From positions 1,376,894 through 1,440,893 of the forward strand of contig JAYQLI010000035.1 in NCBI GenBank assembly GCA_038143065.1: a DNA stretch of 64,000 nucleotides. The letters run 5' to 3'. This document shows, one piece after another, positions 1-9,962 of this stretch (position 1 is its first letter; every line of letters begins with the position of its first letter). Under the pieces are notes generated by a model that made no database searches, had not been told where the DNA came from, and saw nothing but the letters and a program-made list of their open reading frames with translations. A program made the translations under genes and the position numbers. Source of the DNA: Rhodospirillales bacterium. GTDB taxonomy: Bacteria > Pseudomonadota > Alphaproteobacteria > Bin95.

Positions 1-209
1 TGAGTGATGCCCGGCAAAATATCTCTTTCAAAATCAGCCATAATAGCGTCTAAAGTTTCAGACTTAGCTGGGGGTACGTCAGATAGCGTAGCAGCAACCT
101 GGCCAGGCACAGTTTGGGCTCGTACAGAGTAGCTCTCAACGTTCTCCATATAGTCTGCCATCCAGTCAACTAGCAGATGCGCCCTAGAGCGGAATTCTTC
201 GATTTCCAT
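1..209 (-). CDS. Pyridoxal-dependent aromatic-L-amino-acid (DOPA/tyrosine-type) decarboxylase, N-terminal part; runs off the window
   Basis: Manual translation from the ATG at 209 gives MEIEEFRSRAHLLVDWMADYMENVESYSVRAQTVPGQV...IMADFERDILPGITH, the typical group II decarboxylase N-terminus. Not in the ORF track. Confidence 0.85.
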   Translation of the reverse strand, partial: MEIEEFRSRAHLLVDWMADYMENVESYSVRAQTVPGQVAATLSDVPPAKSETLDAIMADFERDILPGIT

Positions 210-268
210 TCAGAGGATTCTCGTCTTATTGTTTTGTCCTGGATTGTAATAGCAGTACGGTACCCGAG

Positions 269-1286
269 ATGCATATCGATACTCAAATCAGGGATATGGA
301 ATTAAAGGATGTGCCTGGTGAGGCTAAACGACTTGAGCAACTTGGCTTCGAGTGCGTTTGGACCTTTGAAGCGAAGCATGACCCATTCTTGCCTCTTGCG
401 TTTGCAGCAACATCGACAGAGAAAATGGATGTTGGCACAAACATCGCAGTGGCCTTCGCTCGCAGCCCTTATTCTATGGCTCAAGCTGCTTGGGACGTGC
501 AACGAGCAAGCAATGGCAGACTCCCGCCTCGGTCTTGGGACTCAGGTAAGGGCCCACGTCGAGCGCCGATTATCTATGCCCTTTGATCGACCTGCAGCAA
601 GAATTACGGACTATATTCGCTGTATCCGAGCTATTTGGAATACATTTCAAACTGGGGATAGACCGAGCTATGAAGGTGAATTTTATCGGTTTCTGCTCAT
701 AAACCCATTTTTCAATCCTGGCCCAAATACAAAACCCGATATACCAATCTATCTAGCTGGCCTTAATCCTCGAATGGCAAAAGCTGCTGGTGAGGTAGCA
801 AACGGTTTCCATGTTCATCCGATGCACTCTCGCAGTTATCTTAAGGAAGTTGTGCGTCCTGCGATCCAAGAAGGCGCGGTTGCGAATGGCAGAGTCCTAA
901 GTGATGTAGAACTATACGCACCTGTATTTGCAGTTTGGGGAGAAACCGCGAGTGAACGGTCGAAAACTGAGGCTATAATTCGAGAACAGATCGCCTTTTA
1001 TGGCTCCACTCCAAACTATCGTCGTCTTTTTGAACACCATGGATGCGAAGATCAGGCAAGAAAACTCTCGCAGCTAATGCGGAATGGTGAATTCTCTGAG
1101 ATGCCAAAACTTGTTCCAGATCATCTAATGGAGGAACTCGCCATCCATGGCACTTTTCAGGAATTACCCACTAAATTGCGCGAACGTGCATCAGGAGTTC
1201 TTGACCGAGTATCCCTCTATTTTCCAATAAACCGTGAAGACCCTGACGAGATGTGGCGGAACTTTGTGCTAGGATGCAAAAGCTGA
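269..1286 (+). CDS. LLM-class, probably F420-dependent oxidoreductase (TIGR03617/MSMEG_2256-like); one frameshift near 523
   Basis: ORFs 269..586 (EAKHDPFLPL, GTNIAVAFARSP) and 309..1286 (LGLGTQVRAHVERR, FYGSTPNY) join at NGRL/RLGLG if one C of the ccc run is removed. Confidence 0.85.
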
Positions 1287-1414
1287 ATAAGAATTGCTCT
1301 TACTCGAAAATTTATCATTGAGACCGAAAGAATTAGAGGTTTAGTTTCTTTTAAACTCGCTAATTTGATTACCTACCCTGTGAAGTTGCCCAATAAAAAT
1401 ACGAGCAAAAACCA

Positions 1415-2305
1415 ATGCCTAGAATAGCTGCTAATGGAATCCAAATTGAGTATGAAGTTCATGGCCCTAAAGCAGGACCACCTCTGTTACTGATAAACGG
1501 CTTGGGAACACAGCTAATTTCTTGGGCAAGTGAACTTCTCGACGGACTTACTCAGGAAGGTTTTCAAGTAATTATATTCGACAATCGGGACAGTGGTCTT
1601 TCTACTGATTTTGATCATTTTGGACCCGCCGATATTCCTGCCGCGTTCAAAGCGGCCCGAGCAAAAGAACCGGTGAAAACGCCTTATAATCTTGATGATA
1701 TGGCTGACGATGCAGCTGCTTTGCTTGAAGCCTTAGAAATTCCCTCTGCGCACATTGCTGGCAGTTCGAATGGGGGAGCAATTGCTCAAATATTTGCTTA
1801 TCGCCATAAGGATAAAACCTTGTCACTGGCCTCGATAATGGCAACGTCGGGCAGGCGTGGACTTCCCAGGCCAACCGAAGAGGCAACAGCTTGGTTAAAC
1901 AAGCCTCGGAAAACAAAATCTTCTCGTGCAGAGTTTATAGCCGAAGCTTTAGAAACAGCACGTACAATAGGAAGCCCAGGATTTCCGTTAGATGAGACGG
2001 CAGTCAATGCTCGTGCTGGGGCACTCTTTGACCGTGCATACAAACCGGGCGGTCATGGGAGGCAGTTGCTTGCATCAATTGCCTCAGCCGATATAAGAGT
2101 TGCTCATTTAAATGAGATCAATGCCCCTACCACCATCATCCATGGGGCAGATGATCCATTAGTCCCGGTGGGGTGTGGAGAAGACGTAAAAAATAGTATC
2201 GAAGGAGCAACCATGACCGTGATATCGGGGATGGGGCATGATTATCCGAGTGGAGCTGTACCGGCGATAGTCGATGCCATCAAGAAGAATGCTGATCGGG
2301 CTTAA
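1415..2305 (+). CDS. Alpha/beta fold hydrolase
   Basis: FDNRDSGLS motif, nucleophile elbow GSSNGG, HGADDPLVP and GMGHD catalytic Asp/His motifs. Confidence 0.9.
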   Translation: MPRIAANGIQIEYEVHGPKAGPPLLLINGLGTQLISWASELLDGLTQEGFQVIIFDNRDSGLSTDFDHFGPADIPAAFKAARAKEPVKTPYNLDDMADDAAALLEALEIPSAHIAGSSNGGAIAQIFAYRHKDKTLSLASIMATSGRRGLPRPTEEATAWLNKPRKTKSSRAEFIAEALETARTIGSPGFPLDETAVNARAGALFDRAYKPGGHGRQLLASIASADIRVAHLNEINAPTTIIHGADDPLVPVGCGEDVKNSIEGATMTVISGMGHDYPSGAVPAIVDAIKKNADRA

Positions 2306-3157
2306 GCGCATCGGCTAAACTCATACTAGCGCTTCCTCTTCTCGCGGGTTGCTGCTGAGACGATGCTGGGCACCAACCAGCCAAGAAAACAACTTCAAAC
2401 GGAACGGCTAGACGGCCATCATCCTCGGTATTTTTGGTCAGTTGTGCCAGGGCCTTCATAAGCACCTGCCGACGCATGGGGTATCTGCTTCGCTCAGAGA
2501 GAACACTGGTCTCGCCCATTAACCGAAGATCTTGGAGAAGGCGTAATGGTTCATTATACCTAACAGTGATTGTTTCTGTGTCTGCTACAGGCAATGCAAA
2601 CCCTGCACGCTGCAGAAGTGCTGCCGCATCACGAATGTCCACAAATGGCGAAACATGCGGTGAAACTGGAACATTTAATTCGGCCTCGGCCTCCAGCAGA
2701 GCTTGGGAGAGCGGAGCAAGGGTCGCAGGACCAAAAAGTATCCCAAGAAATAGACCGTCTGGTCTAAGCGCTTGTCTTATTTGAACAAGACACCCGGGGA
2801 GATCATTAACTAGGTGCAGATCTCCTGCACTAAATACAAGATCAAGGCTTCCTCCACTAAACGGTAAAGCTTCCAAGTCTAATGCTAATCTAGGACCTTG
2901 GTCACTCAATACCTCTGAAGCGAGATCAGCTTCTGCAAGCCATTGAATACCTCCTCTGCCACCAAGAGCGTCACGGGCCAATCCACCCCGCGAGCCCAGT
3001 GCCAATGCAGTAGGAAAACTTGGTTCAGATCATCCAATCGTTCGGCTAAACGCTCAGTTATTTCGCGCCATAAAAAGTCTGCCTTAGAAAAGGTATTTGC
3101 AGCACGAGCCCGACGTGTACGCGAGAGACGCCGGTCGAAAATAGAAGGTGCGGACAT
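2280..3157 (-). CDS. Class I SAM-dependent methyltransferase (NDUFAF5/BioC-like); frameshift near 3010
   Basis: IFDRR...RARAA...ADFL N-terminus joined to LHLVNDLPG, LRPDGLF, HVSPF, LLQRAGFALPVAD and QQQPARRGSA. Confidence 0.85.
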
Positions 3158-3241
3158 TGGCAAACTTTAGTCACTTGAGGAAACAGAACCTACCGCCTAG
3201 CATATTATTTAGTTTTCCAGAATCCGAAGAAGCAAGAAATC

Positions 3242-4831
3242 ATGGCTAAAACCATCTCACCAAAAGCACTTCATGATCTAATCGCGGCAAATGCACAGGA
3301 GTTTGCAGTCGTTGATGTTCGTGGAGAGCGAGCATTTTCTGATGGTCATTTAATGCATGCAATCTCCGTGCCTCTTGGGCGGCTAGAGATAATGATTGGC
3401 ACTTTAGTACCTCGTTTAACAATGGCGATCTTTGTTACAGACGGCGGTGAGGGTCTTTCGGATAAGGCGGCAAAGAAATTAGAGGAAATTGGCTACACCA
3501 ACGTGGCCATCCTCGAAGGTGGCACGCCAGGTTGGGGCAAGACTGGTTATGAGATCTACAGCGGGTTCAATGTTCCATCTAAAGCCTTTGGTGAATTTGT
3601 AGAACATCATTTTGGAACTCCATCAGTCTCAGCTGAAGAACTAAGAGAAATGCTGGCTTCTGGACAGAAAATGGTTGTTCTAGATAGTCGCCCGATGGAT
3701 GAATTCGAGGTGATGAATATCCCAACGGCTACGTGCTGCCCAGGCGGAGAACTGGCCTATCGCATACACGAAGTAGCCCCCGATCCTGATACGACGATCG
3801 TTGTTAACTGCGCCGGACGCACAAGGTCTATCCTTGGCGCACAGTCTCTCATTAACTCAGGAATACCTAATAAAGTTGTAGCTCTTCGCAATGGCACGAT
3901 GGGCTGGCATCTATCTGGGTTTGACCTTGAAAGGGGCAATTTACGACCAACTGCCCTCAATCTTTCAAGCGCATCCATTGATGATGCCAAGGATAGAGCT
4001 GAGACTGTTGCCAAACGTTATGGCGTTAGAAAAGTTAACCGAGCAACTGCAGAAGAGTGGCTCTTAGATAAAAATCGCACAACACTTCTTCTCGATGTTC
4101 GTCACCCTCACGAGTACGAAACTGGACACATACCTGGCTCTATTTCAGCTCCTGGAGGACAACTTGTCCAAGCAACTGATCGGTACGCAGGCGTGCGAGG
4201 GTCTCGCTTAATCCTAGTTGATGATGCAAATCTGGTGCGCGCGACTATGACTGCTCATTGGCTTTTACAGATGCACTGGGATGTTTATGTACTCGAAGAG
4301 GGTTTACCCATGCATGACTTGGAGACGGGCAAACAAAAAGTTTTAGCTCTTATGCCTCCCTCAGTTGAGTACGCAAATGTCGATAAGACAAAAACTTTGT
4401 TAGATAATGGTTGGATCCCTGTTGACGTTGCAACTAGTCGCGATTACCGCAAAGGACACATCCCTGGCGCTTGGTGGCTGACCCGAGCGCGTATTGAAAG
4501 CGTTATAAAAAACCTTCCTGAAAACGCTGAGGGCTTTGTTACAGCATCAGAAGATGGATTGGTCGCCAGTTATGCGGCAGCAGAACTTTCTAACCTGACT
4601 GGAAAGCCGGCTGTCGCTCTGCAAGGAGGAACGGCAGCTTGGGTTTCTGCAGGCCAGAATGTGGAAACTGGAGAAACCAATCTCGCGGATGAACCAGACG
4701 ATGTCTGGCTAAAGCCTTACGAGCGCAAAGGTGGTGTATTAGAAGACTTCATGCGTGAGTATTTGACGTGGGAAATAGACTTGATAAAGCAAATTGAGAG
4801 GTATGACTTGGTCAGCTTCAAGTCCGTTTAA
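3242..4831 (+). CDS. Multi-domain (about 4 repeats) rhodanese-like sulfurtransferase
   Basis: Repeated DVR...GHIPG(A/S) rhodanese motifs, NVPSKAFGE, and active-site loop NCAGRTRS. Confidence 0.9.
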   Translation: MAKTISPKALHDLIAANAQEFAVVDVRGERAFSDGHLMHAISVPLGRLEIMIGTLVPRLTMAIFVTDGGEGLSDKAAKKLEEIGYTNVAILEGGTPGWGKTGYEIYSGFNVPSKAFGEFVEHHFGTPSVSAEELREMLASGQKMVVLDSRPMDEFEVMNIPTATCCPGGELAYRIHEVAPDPDTTIVVNCAGRTRSILGAQSLINSGIPNKVVALRNGTMGWHLSGFDLERGNLRPTALNLSSASIDDAKDRAETVAKRYGVRKVNRATAEEWLLDKNRTTLLLDVRHPHEYETGHIPGSISAPGGQLVQATDRYAGVRGSRLILVDDANLVRATMTAHWLLQMHWDVYVLEEGLPMHDLETGKQKVLALMPPSVEYANVDKTKTLLDNGWIPVDVATSRDYRKGHIPGAWWLTRARIESVIKNLPENAEGFVTASEDGLVASYAAAELSNLTGKPAVALQGGTAAWVSAGQNVETGETNLADEPDDVWLKPYERKGGVLEDFMREYLTWEIDLIKQIERYDLVSFKSV

Positions 4832-4844
4832 ATAGGTTTTTAGA

Positions 4845-5771
4845 CTAGCAGTTGATGTTTAGGAGCCTAGCGACCTCCTCACGGGTTGCTGCACTATTAG
4901 CGGCACCACTCCGCGTGGTAGATATTGCGGCGGCAACGGAGGCGAAGCGAATAGCAGCAGGTAAAGCCAGTCCTTCTGTCAACGCAACAGCTAGAGCACC
5001 GTTAAAGCAATCGCCAGCGCCTACCGTATCAATGGCATCCACCCTAAATACTGGTTGAAAACCACTTTCTCCACCTGCAGTCGCCCAAGCAGTGCCATTT
5101 GCACCCATGGTTACAACTGCCGCTGGCGCTCCGATGTCCACAAGACGAATTGCTGCTGCAATACCGGTTTTTTTATCATATGGCCTGAAGCCTACATAGG
5201 TCTCTGCCTCGACCTCATTAGGTGTGATGATGTCAACGGCCATAAGAACAGAACCGGCAATTCCATCACTTGGCGCAGGCGCTGGATCGAGGATAACGGT
5301 TGCCCCTGCTTTGCGACCAGCGCAGGCCGCATAAAGTGTAATCTCCAAAGGTATCTCAAATTGCAGCAGAAGTGCTTTTGCACCTTCTAGCGACTGACCC
5401 GCACGAACCACATCAGTCTCATCGACCATACGATTAGCGCCAGCCGCCTGAATGATGGCATTCTCGCCGTTAGCGCCCACGAGAATAACACCGAGTGCTG
5501 TGGCAACCTCGGGATCTATACGAACTCCTGAGGAATCAAGATTGAGCTTATCAAATGCGGCTATAATGTCTTGCCCAAATTGGTCATCACCAATGCGACC
5601 GAAAAATTTTGTTGGCGCCCCAAGTTTTACGGCAGCGGCCGCTTGGTTTGCGCCTTTTCCTCCAAGCCCAGTTATATAATTCCTACCTAGAAGTGTCTCA
5701 CCTGGCTTGGGTAAGCGGTCAGCAAAAGCAGCAACATCCCAAGTAACGCTTCCAAGAACGACAACAGTCAT
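4845..5771 (-). CDS. rbsK: Ribokinase
   Basis: PfkB motifs GGKGANQA, GENAI, TPNEVEA and DTVGAGDCFNGAL. Confidence 0.9.
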   Translation of the reverse strand: MTVVVLGSVTWDVAAFADRLPKPGETLLGRNYITGLGGKGANQAAAAVKLGAPTKFFGRIGDDQFGQDIIAAFDKLNLDSSGVRIDPEVATALGVILVGANGENAIIQAAGANRMVDETDVVRAGQSLEGAKALLLQFEIPLEITLYAACAGRKAGATVILDPAPAPSDGIAGSVLMAVDIITPNEVEAETYVGFRPYDKKTGIAAAIRLVDIGAPAAVVTMGANGTAWATAGGESGFQPVFRVDAIDTVGAGDCFNGALAVALTEGLALPAAIRFASVAAAISTTRSGAANSAATREEVARLLNINC

Positions 5772-5886
5772 ATCTGCACGCATCCAGCTATTGGTAAAAA
5801 AATACAACAAAAAATTCTGAAATTTTTTGCGTTGATGACTTGCTTTTAGGTGGCCCTAAGAAGCCTTTGATTTTTACGCATGAAAT

Positions 5887-6267
5887 TCATGAGACAACTA
5901 ATAAATCAACTCGATTGGCGTAAAACGCCAGGTAACCAACAATTTCGGCAACTTCATCGTATGGGGTTTCATACGACCATGCCGCATTTTCTGTACAAGA
6001 AGAACCTACTGAAAAACTGTAATAACTTGCATTGCCTTTGTAGGGGCAAGTCGTCAATTGCTCAGACCTTTCAGCTCGTCTCATCAAAATATCTTTACGA
6101 GGAATGTAATAAACAGGGTCATAACCGCTTTCTTCGACGCATAGCGCATCACGAGTGTCAGCAATTACCTCTCCGCCAATGCGTATTACAACCTGCCCTT
6201 GGAAAGATGAAATATGAACAGAATGGCTTGGGTTTTTAATAAAGCCTGGCGCGGGGTAAGAGGTCAT
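5887..6267 (-). CDS. DUF427 (NTP_transf_9) domain protein
   Basis: PVYYIPRKD, TTCPYKGNASYY, AAWSYETP and YLAFY motifs. Confidence 0.9.
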   Translation of the reverse strand: MTSYPAPGFIKNPSHSVHISSFQGQVVIRIGGEVIADTRDALCVEESGYDPVYYIPRKDILMRRAERSEQLTTCPYKGNASYYSFSVGSSCTENAAWSYETPYDEVAEIVGYLAFYANRVDLLVVS

Positions 6268-6472
6268 CAAAATTCTCCTTCTAAAACCAGAGGTCCTTTG
6301 CAAAATTTAGACCTCCAATTACATGCTCGAGTGTTTTTACAACAAATATAATATGACAATGACCCACTACTACGTGTTGCATTATTTGGAATGGATTATT
6401 CCAGTTAAAATTTGCATCCTATCGCTCGATAGCTTTGCTACCGCACCATCATAACCCTAAAAAAGTGCTCTC

Positions 6473-9151
6473 ATGTCTGGTGACAATCTTCAAAATATTA
6501 ATATCCGCCGCAGCCTTAATATTTCTGGCAAAGCTTATGAATACTTTAGCCTTGAAGCTGTTTCAGACGTAGTCGGCGATATTTCTAGACTGCCCCGCTC
6601 GTTAAAAGTGTTGATGGAAAATGTCCTTCGACATCAAGAAAATAATAAGGACATTACTGCAGGTATTTTTCATTTCAGTGATTGGCTTAAATCAGGTGGT
6701 AAGACCAAAGCCGAAATAGCTTTCAGCCCAGCTAGAATACTAACCCATGATTTCAGCGGCATACCTGCCATAGTTGATCTCGCAGCGATGCGAGATGCAA
6801 TTATCGATCTTGGAGGGGACGCGAGCAAAATAAACCCAGCGTGTCCTGTTGATCTCGTGATAGATCACTCTGTGATGATTGATTCTGCGAGTGAAAAAAA
6901 CTCGTTCGCAAAAAACGTTGAACTCGAATTTGAAAGAAACCAAGAACGCTTTGAATTCCTTCGTTGGGGTCAGAACGCATTTAGCAATTTTCGGGTGGTG
7001 CCTCCTGGTACTGGCATATGTCATCAAGTCAATCTTGAGTATCTAGCAAAAACTGTTTGGACAACCTGCGAGGATGGAAAAACAATTGCATACCCAGACA
7101 CCCTAGTTGGTACGGACAGCCATACAACAATGATTAACAGTCTTGCAGTTCTGGGCTGGGGCGTAGGAGGGATAGAGGCAGAGGCTGCGATGCTAGGGCA
7201 GCCAATTTCCATGCTCTTACCCGAGGTAGTTGGTTTCAAGCTCACTGGAAAACTAAAAGAGGGTACTACGGCAACAGATCTGGTTTTAAGAGTTGTTGAA
7301 ATACTTCGACAAAAAGGAGTGGTTGGAAAATTTGTTGAATTCTTTGGCGATAGCCTCAACAATCTGCCCTTAGCGGACCGTGCAACAATTGCGAATATGG
7401 CGCCAGAGTATGGAGCTACCTGCGGTTTCTTTCCTGTTGATTCAGAAGTTATTCGATACCTTAAATTTACAGGCCGCAGTGATCATCAAGTTAACTTGGT
7501 CGAAGCCTACGCAAAGGCACAAGGCATGTGGCGCGAAACAGGAGCGCCTGATCCAATATTTAGTGATATTATCGAGTTAGATATTAGCAGTGTTGAACCA
7601 GCCCTAGCCGGCCCAAAACGCCCTCAAGACCGCGTTTCACTTTCCAATGTTGCTTCAGCTTTTAACCAATTTGAGTCTGAGATCGACGGTGGACAGGCGA
7701 CAGCAGTCGAAGGCACTGATTACGTAATTGAACCGGGCCATATAACGCTAGCTGCAATAACCAGTTGCACAAACACCTCCAACCCACCACTTCTTATCGC
7801 AGCTGGTTTACTCGCAAAAAAAGCTAATGAGCGTGGGCTAACGCCAAAACCATGGGTAAAGACTTCCTTCTCACCCGGTTCCAAGGTCGTTCAGGACTAC
7901 TTGACTGCTTCCGGACTTCAAAAACACCTAGACGATATTGGCTTCAATATAGTCGCATTTGGATGTGCTACTTGTTTGGGGAATTCAGGTCCATTTAAAC
8001 CAGAAATTTCTGAATCTATCGACAAGGGCAACTTACTTGTAAGTGCAGTGGTGTCTTCAAACAGGAATTTTGAGGGCCGGGTACACCACCAAGTTAAATC
8101 TAACTACCTCGCTTCACCGCCATTGGTTGTTGCCTATAGTCTTGCTGGTTCAGTTAAAATTGATTTAACCCAGGAAGCATTAGGTAAAGATCTCGACGGT
8201 AATGATGTCTTTTTAAAAGACATCTGGCCGAGCAGTAACGAGGTTAATGACGCGCTCCAAAAAAGCTTGACGCCCGCTATGTTTCACCAATGTTATAGTG
8301 ACGTCTTCGAGGGGCCAGACCAATGGAAAAACATTCCAGCAACAAATTCTGCCACGTATCCTTGGTCTGAGACATCTACCTACATCCAAAAACCACCGTA
8401 TTTCGATAAAATCTCCATCAACCCAGAAAAACTTACAGATATTATGGGCGCGCGTGTGCTTGCTGTGCTTGGTGATAGCATAACGACTGACCATATTTCC
8501 CCTGCGTCTTCAATAAATAGCAATAGTCCAGCCGGAGAGTTTTTAATTAGTCACCAAGTCCGCCCCCAGGACTTCAATAGTTTTGGAGCACGCCGCGGAA
8601 ACCACCACATCATGATGCGCGGTACTTTTGGCAATAGCCAAGTCAGAAATGAACTAGTTCCAGGCACCCAAGGAGGTTTCACTCGGCACCAACCCTCAAA
8701 GACAGTGATCCCAATATTTGAAGCCGCAATGAAGTATAAGACCGATGGGGTGCCTCTTATTATCGTTGCTGGCAAAGAATACGGCACTGGGTCGAGCCGT
8801 GACTGGGCGGCAAAAGGAGTCCGCTTGCTTGGGGTAAAAGCTGTAATTGCTGAGAGCTTCGAGCGCATTCACCGCTCAAATCTTATTGGATTGGGCGTTC
8901 TACCATTAGAATTCAAGGATGGTCAGAGTCGAAAGTCTTTGAATTTAAATGGAGGTGAAACTTTCGATATTATGGGAATCACAGATGAAATTCGGCCTCA
9001 AATGGATTTGAATTGCACCATTACCTCTGCCAACGGATCTCAAATAAACATAAGTCTGTTGTGTAGAATAGATACCTCGGATGAAGTTGAGCAAATTAAG
9101 AACGGCGGCATTCTGCAGCTAGTATTGAGGAGATTTTTGGAAGCTCAGTAA
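6473..9151 (+). CDS. acnA: Aconitate hydratase A family protein, active-site divergent (see findings)
   Basis: 892 aa. DLVIDHS, GICHQVNLE, DSHTT, ITSCTNTSNP and GCATCLGNSG (three Fe-S cysteines), NRNFEGR, YGTGSSRDWAAKG. Confidence 0.9.
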   Translation: MSGDNLQNINIRRSLNISGKAYEYFSLEAVSDVVGDISRLPRSLKVLMENVLRHQENNKDITAGIFHFSDWLKSGGKTKAEIAFSPARILTHDFSGIPAIVDLAAMRDAIIDLGGDASKINPACPVDLVIDHSVMIDSASEKNSFAKNVELEFERNQERFEFLRWGQNAFSNFRVVPPGTGICHQVNLEYLAKTVWTTCEDGKTIAYPDTLVGTDSHTTMINSLAVLGWGVGGIEAEAAMLGQPISMLLPEVVGFKLTGKLKEGTTATDLVLRVVEILRQKGVVGKFVEFFGDSLNNLPLADRATIANMAPEYGATCGFFPVDSEVIRYLKFTGRSDHQVNLVEAYAKAQGMWRETGAPDPIFSDIIELDISSVEPALAGPKRPQDRVSLSNVASAFNQFESEIDGGQATAVEGTDYVIEPGHITLAAITSCTNTSNPPLLIAAGLLAKKANERGLTPKPWVKTSFSPGSKVVQDYLTASGLQKHLDDIGFNIVAFGCATCLGNSGPFKPEISESIDKGNLLVSAVVSSNRNFEGRVHHQVKSNYLASPPLVVAYSLAGSVKIDLTQEALGKDLDGNDVFLKDIWPSSNEVNDALQKSLTPAMFHQCYSDVFEGPDQWKNIPATNSATYPWSETSTYIQKPPYFDKISINPEKLTDIMGARVLAVLGDSITTDHISPASSINSNSPAGEFLISHQVRPQDFNSFGARRGNHHIMMRGTFGNSQVRNELVPGTQGGFTRHQPSKTVIPIFEAAMKYKTDGVPLIIVAGKEYGTGSSRDWAAKGVRLLGVKAVIAESFERIHRSNLIGLGVLPLEFKDGQSRKSLNLNGGETFDIMGITDEIRPQMDLNCTITSANGSQINISLLCRIDTSDEVEQIKNGGILQLVLRRFLEAQ

Positions 9152-9175
9152 TCTTAAATTTTTTATTTTTAAAAA

Positions 9176-9215
9176 TTAAGCCCTGCCTTCGAGTTTCACC
9201 GAAGACAGGGCTTAA
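9176..9215. terminator. Bidirectional intrinsic terminator hairpin between convergent acnA and SDR genes
   Basis: ttaagccctg-cc-ttcg...cgaa-ga-cagggcttaa inverted repeat with A/T runs alongside. Confidence 0.75.
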
Positions 9216-9238
9216 AGCTAATAATGTGACTTAGCAGC

Positions 9239-9942
9239 TCAGGAGTTTAACCAACCTCCATCAACATCCACTGTCACGCCCGTCATAAAATCATTCTGGA
9301 CAACTAGCATAATTGCTTGCGCTACTTCCTCTGCAGTACCTGCTCGTGGAATAAGGTTAGCCTTGGTAGCGTTGGACGTCATTTCTTTGCGCTTTGCCTC
9401 GTCAGGCCCAAACATTGGTGTATCAATTACACCAGGAGAGACTACATTCAGGCGCTTTGGAACAATTTCCTTTGCAACACACTTGGCCAAAGCTTCAACA
9501 GCTCCACCAGCAGCCGAAATCGCAACTTGGCCTGGTCGAGCTTTCTTGCTGGCGCACCTGAAACTAAAACGGCACAACCGTCACTTTTTAGGTGACTTAC
9601 ACCTTGTCGAAGAACGTTTGCATATCCCCAAACTTTGGCAAAAGAGTTTTGATACGCATCGAGATCCATCTCCATAAATGGACCTGCTGCACGCGGGCCT
9701 CCAGTGGCAGCGGAAATAAGCACATCGTAGGGACCCGCAGCGGAGCAAACCGCTGCAACTGCATCCCGATCCTGCACATCGCAAGACGCTGTGGTAACAC
9801 CTTCAGGAAGATTAGTTGCTTTTGAAGGGTCACGACTAACTGCAACGACGGTGGCGCCAGCGTCAGCCAGCATCCGAGTTGTAGCAAGTCCAATACCGGA
9901 TGTACCACCGAACACAATTGCCTTTTTGCCTTTGAGATCCAT
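9239..9942 (-). CDS. SDR family oxidoreductase; frameshift near 9535-9550
   Basis: GGTSGIG Rossmann motif in 9448..9972; RLNVVSPGVIDT and MTGVTVDVDGG in 9239..9577. Confidence 0.88.
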
Positions 9943-9962
9943 AAAAAAGTCCTTTTTTGATT

